A stretch of DNA of 32,000 bases from Candidatus Velamenicoccus archaeovorus (lineage in GTDB: Bacteria; Omnitrophota; Gorgyraeia; Velamenicoccales; Velamenicoccaceae), in NCBI RefSeq assembly GCF_004102945.1, contig NZ_CP019384.1, positions 180,001 through 212,000 on the forward strand, in the 5' to 3' direction. The number at the start of each line of letters is the position of its first letter. Positions within the stretch are counted from its first letter, which is position 1. Shown here one piece after another: positions 30,488-32,000 of the stretch. The notes below the pieces were generated by a model, which was given only the letters and a program-made list of their open reading frames with translations, made no database searches and was not told where the DNA came from. The translations under genes were made by a program, and so were the position numbers.

Positions 30488-31647
30488 GTGTGCCGTTTTT
30501 ACACATACTGACCGGCATGGCTGCCGGTCTGGTCCTGGCTTTGGTCGTTTTTTGGGTGAAAGGCCTTTTGGGACGCAAAACAGCCCTGGGCCAGGAACAG
30601 CAGCTGACCCAGGCCGTGGATCGGCTCAAGGGGATTTTCGCCAGCTTGTCCCTGGAGGCGCTTTCCAAGAATTCCGAGGAGTTTCTTAAACTGGCTCATG
30701 AGAAATTCCAGGGCTTGAGCGCCATGGGCGAGAAGGACCTCGCCGGAAAAAAAGAGCTCATCGACAGGACGCTGGAAGAGATGAAGGAGGAATTGCTGCG
30801 TGTCAAAGACCTCATGAACGGCCTGGAGAAGGACCGCGTGGAGAAATTCGCCAACCTATCGAAGGACATCGAGCGGATGAACGTCGAGACTTCCAGGCTC
30901 CAGGAGACGACCGACCATCTCCGGACGGCCCTGGCTTCGACCAAGGCCATCGGTCAATGGGGGGAACGCATGGCAGAGGATGTTTTGCGCCTGGCGGGTT
31001 TCATCGAAGGCGTCAATTATGCCAAACAGAAGGCCCAGGGGCAGACCCGACCGGACTACACCTTTTTCTTGCCGCAGGGGTTGAAGCTCAACATGGATGT
31101 CAAGTTTCCCCTGATGAATTACCAGAGGTTTTTTGAGGCCAAAAACGAGCAGGAGAAGGATGCCTATAAGACGCAGTTCCTGCGCGATGTACGCCAGCGC
31201 ATCAAGGAAGTCACGACGCGTGATTATATCGATCCCCAGGAGCGGACGCTGGATTATGTGATCGTATTCATCCCGAATGAGCAGGTCTATGCCTTCATCA
31301 ATCAGAATGACCGTATGATCCTGGATGAGGCCATGAAGCAGCGCGTGATCTTCTGTTCGCCTCTGACGCTCTACGCGATCCTGGCGGTGATCCGCCAGGC
31401 CATGGATATGTTCCGTCTGGAAGGCACGACACGCCAGATATTTTCCGTCCTTGAATCTTTCAAGAAACAGTATCAGGCGTTCTGCGCGTCGTTGGAGAAG
31501 ATGGGCGAGCGGCTGGAAGATGCCCGCAAAGAATATGATGCGCTTGTCACTACGCGCAAGAACCAGCTTGACAGGCAGATCAAAAAGATCGAAGACCTGC
31601 GCCAGGCGGACGACGCCGCACAGCTCGAGGGGCCTCGTGATTCTTGA
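30484..31647 (+). CDS. rmuC: DNA recombination protein RmuC
   Basis: N-terminal TM, a long coiled-coil region, and a C-terminal nuclease-like domain (RPDYTFFLPQGLKLNMDVKFPL, YVIVFIPNEQVYAF). Confidence 0.9.
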   Translation: MSVPFLHILTGMAAGLVLALVVFWVKGLLGRKTALGQEQQLTQAVDRLKGIFASLSLEALSKNSEEFLKLAHEKFQGLSAMGEKDLAGKKELIDRTLEEMKEELLRVKDLMNGLEKDRVEKFANLSKDIERMNVETSRLQETTDHLRTALASTKAIGQWGERMAEDVLRLAGFIEGVNYAKQKAQGQTRPDYTFFLPQGLKLNMDVKFPLMNYQRFFEAKNEQEKDAYKTQFLRDVRQRIKEVTTRDYIDPQERTLDYVIVFIPNEQVYAFINQNDRMILDEAMKQRVIFCSPLTLYAILAVIRQAMDMFRLEGTTRQIFSVLESFKKQYQAFCASLEKMGERLEDARKEYDALVTTRKNQLDRQIKKIEDLRQADDAAQLEGPRDS

Positions 31648-31855
31648 AGTCAAGGTCATTCCAAAATCCTCCCGCAATGAGGTCGTGCAGGAAGCCGACC
31701 GCCTGAAGGTCTATGTGAGCGTTGCGCCTGAAAAAGGCAAAGCCAACAAGGCTTTGGTTGGACTCATCGCCGAGCATTTCTCTGTCCGCAAGAGCGATGT
31801 CCGTATCAGGCAGGGTCTTCACGCGCATACCAAGATCGTTGAAATCCCCGGATAA
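31637..31855 (+). CDS. DUF167 (YggU) family protein
   Basis: ILEVKVIPKSSRNEV...VSVAPEKGKANKALVGLIAEHFSVRKSDVRIRQGLHAHTKIVEI. GTG 31637 has GAGGGG upstream and overlaps the rmuC end. The longer listed ORF (from 31451) lies out of frame inside rmuC. Confidence 0.82.
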   Translation: MILEVKVIPKSSRNEVVQEADRLKVYVSVAPEKGKANKALVGLIAEHFSVRKSDVRIRQGLHAHTKIVEIPG

Positions 31856-32000
31856 TGACAGAGGCGCTTGTTCTCCACAAGGAAGGGAACCGCTACAGGC
31901 TTAAAGTCTTTGAGGCTTTTGGCGCGCAGGCGTTTTTTACAACACGGCCTTTGGACATGTCTTTTGAGAATCCCGACAGGCGCCGGGCGCTCGCGGCCGC
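31855..32000 (+). CDS. pgeF: YfiH/PgeF (DUF152) family protein, 3'-truncated by window edge
   Basis: TAATG stop/start overlap at 31853-31857. MTEALVLHKEGNRYRLKVFEAFGAQAFFTTRPLDMSF... contains the family-typical AFFTTR N-terminal motif. Only about 48 codons are visible. Confidence 0.55.
   Translation, partial: MTEALVLHKEGNRYRLKVFEAFGAQAFFTTRPLDMSFENPDRRRALAA

Overview
This is a 32-kb, moderately GC-rich bacterial window. Every ORF I can support (about 38) lies on the + strand, and the long minus-strand ORFs all look like GC-driven shadows. Gene order: (1) a 5'-truncated YgiQ radical SAM gene. (2) feoA-feoB, translationally coupled to a THUMP-less PP-loop ATPase. (3) A Cys-rich zinc-ribbon peptide, an ArsB/NhaD-type permease and a secreted YHS/TRASH protein. 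(4) An Rrf2 regulator / DJ-1-PfpI / Nfu / LarE / NifS block. (5) A TonB-dependent receptor. (6) An AT-rich four-helix-bundle (Avd / 23S-IVS family) gene cassette bounded by complementary heptamer arrays. (7) mnmA-nadA. (8) An AT-rich RAYT-like HUH transposase bracketed by a dispersed 22-bp palindromic REP-like repeat, found at six loci in the window, one of them in-frame inside the transposase CDS. (9) An exopolysaccharide locus: Wzz-like protein, DgkA, TviB-like dehydrogenase, TviC/WbpP-like epimerase, NodB deacetylase, an unknown 28-aa-repeat protein, a second deacetylase and a membrane GT2. (10) A receiver-only response regulator and a periplasmic cyclophilin. (11) A membrane-lipid block: ICMT/PEMT-type methyltransferase, OlsB-like, OlsA/PlsC-like, a Cys-less peroxiredoxin-fold protein, an ABC-2 exporter and a standalone DUF2156 (MprF catalytic-domain-like) protein. 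(12) A cyclophilin-like-fold protein, rmuC, DUF167 and the start of pgeF/yfiH. I saw no rRNA, tRNA, CRISPR array or cas gene. The items most worth follow-up are the REP/RAYT unit with a REP copy inside its own CDS, the heptamer-flanked four-helix-bundle cassette with a possibly related cargo-less hairpin at 28.2 kb, the CxxC+C motif shared by all three PP-loop sulfurtransferases clustered with FeoAB/NifS/Nfu, the repeat protein in the EPS locus, and the OlsBA-ABC2-DUF2156 lipid cluster. All family calls come from motif recognition by eye. No database search, fold prediction or statistics program was run.
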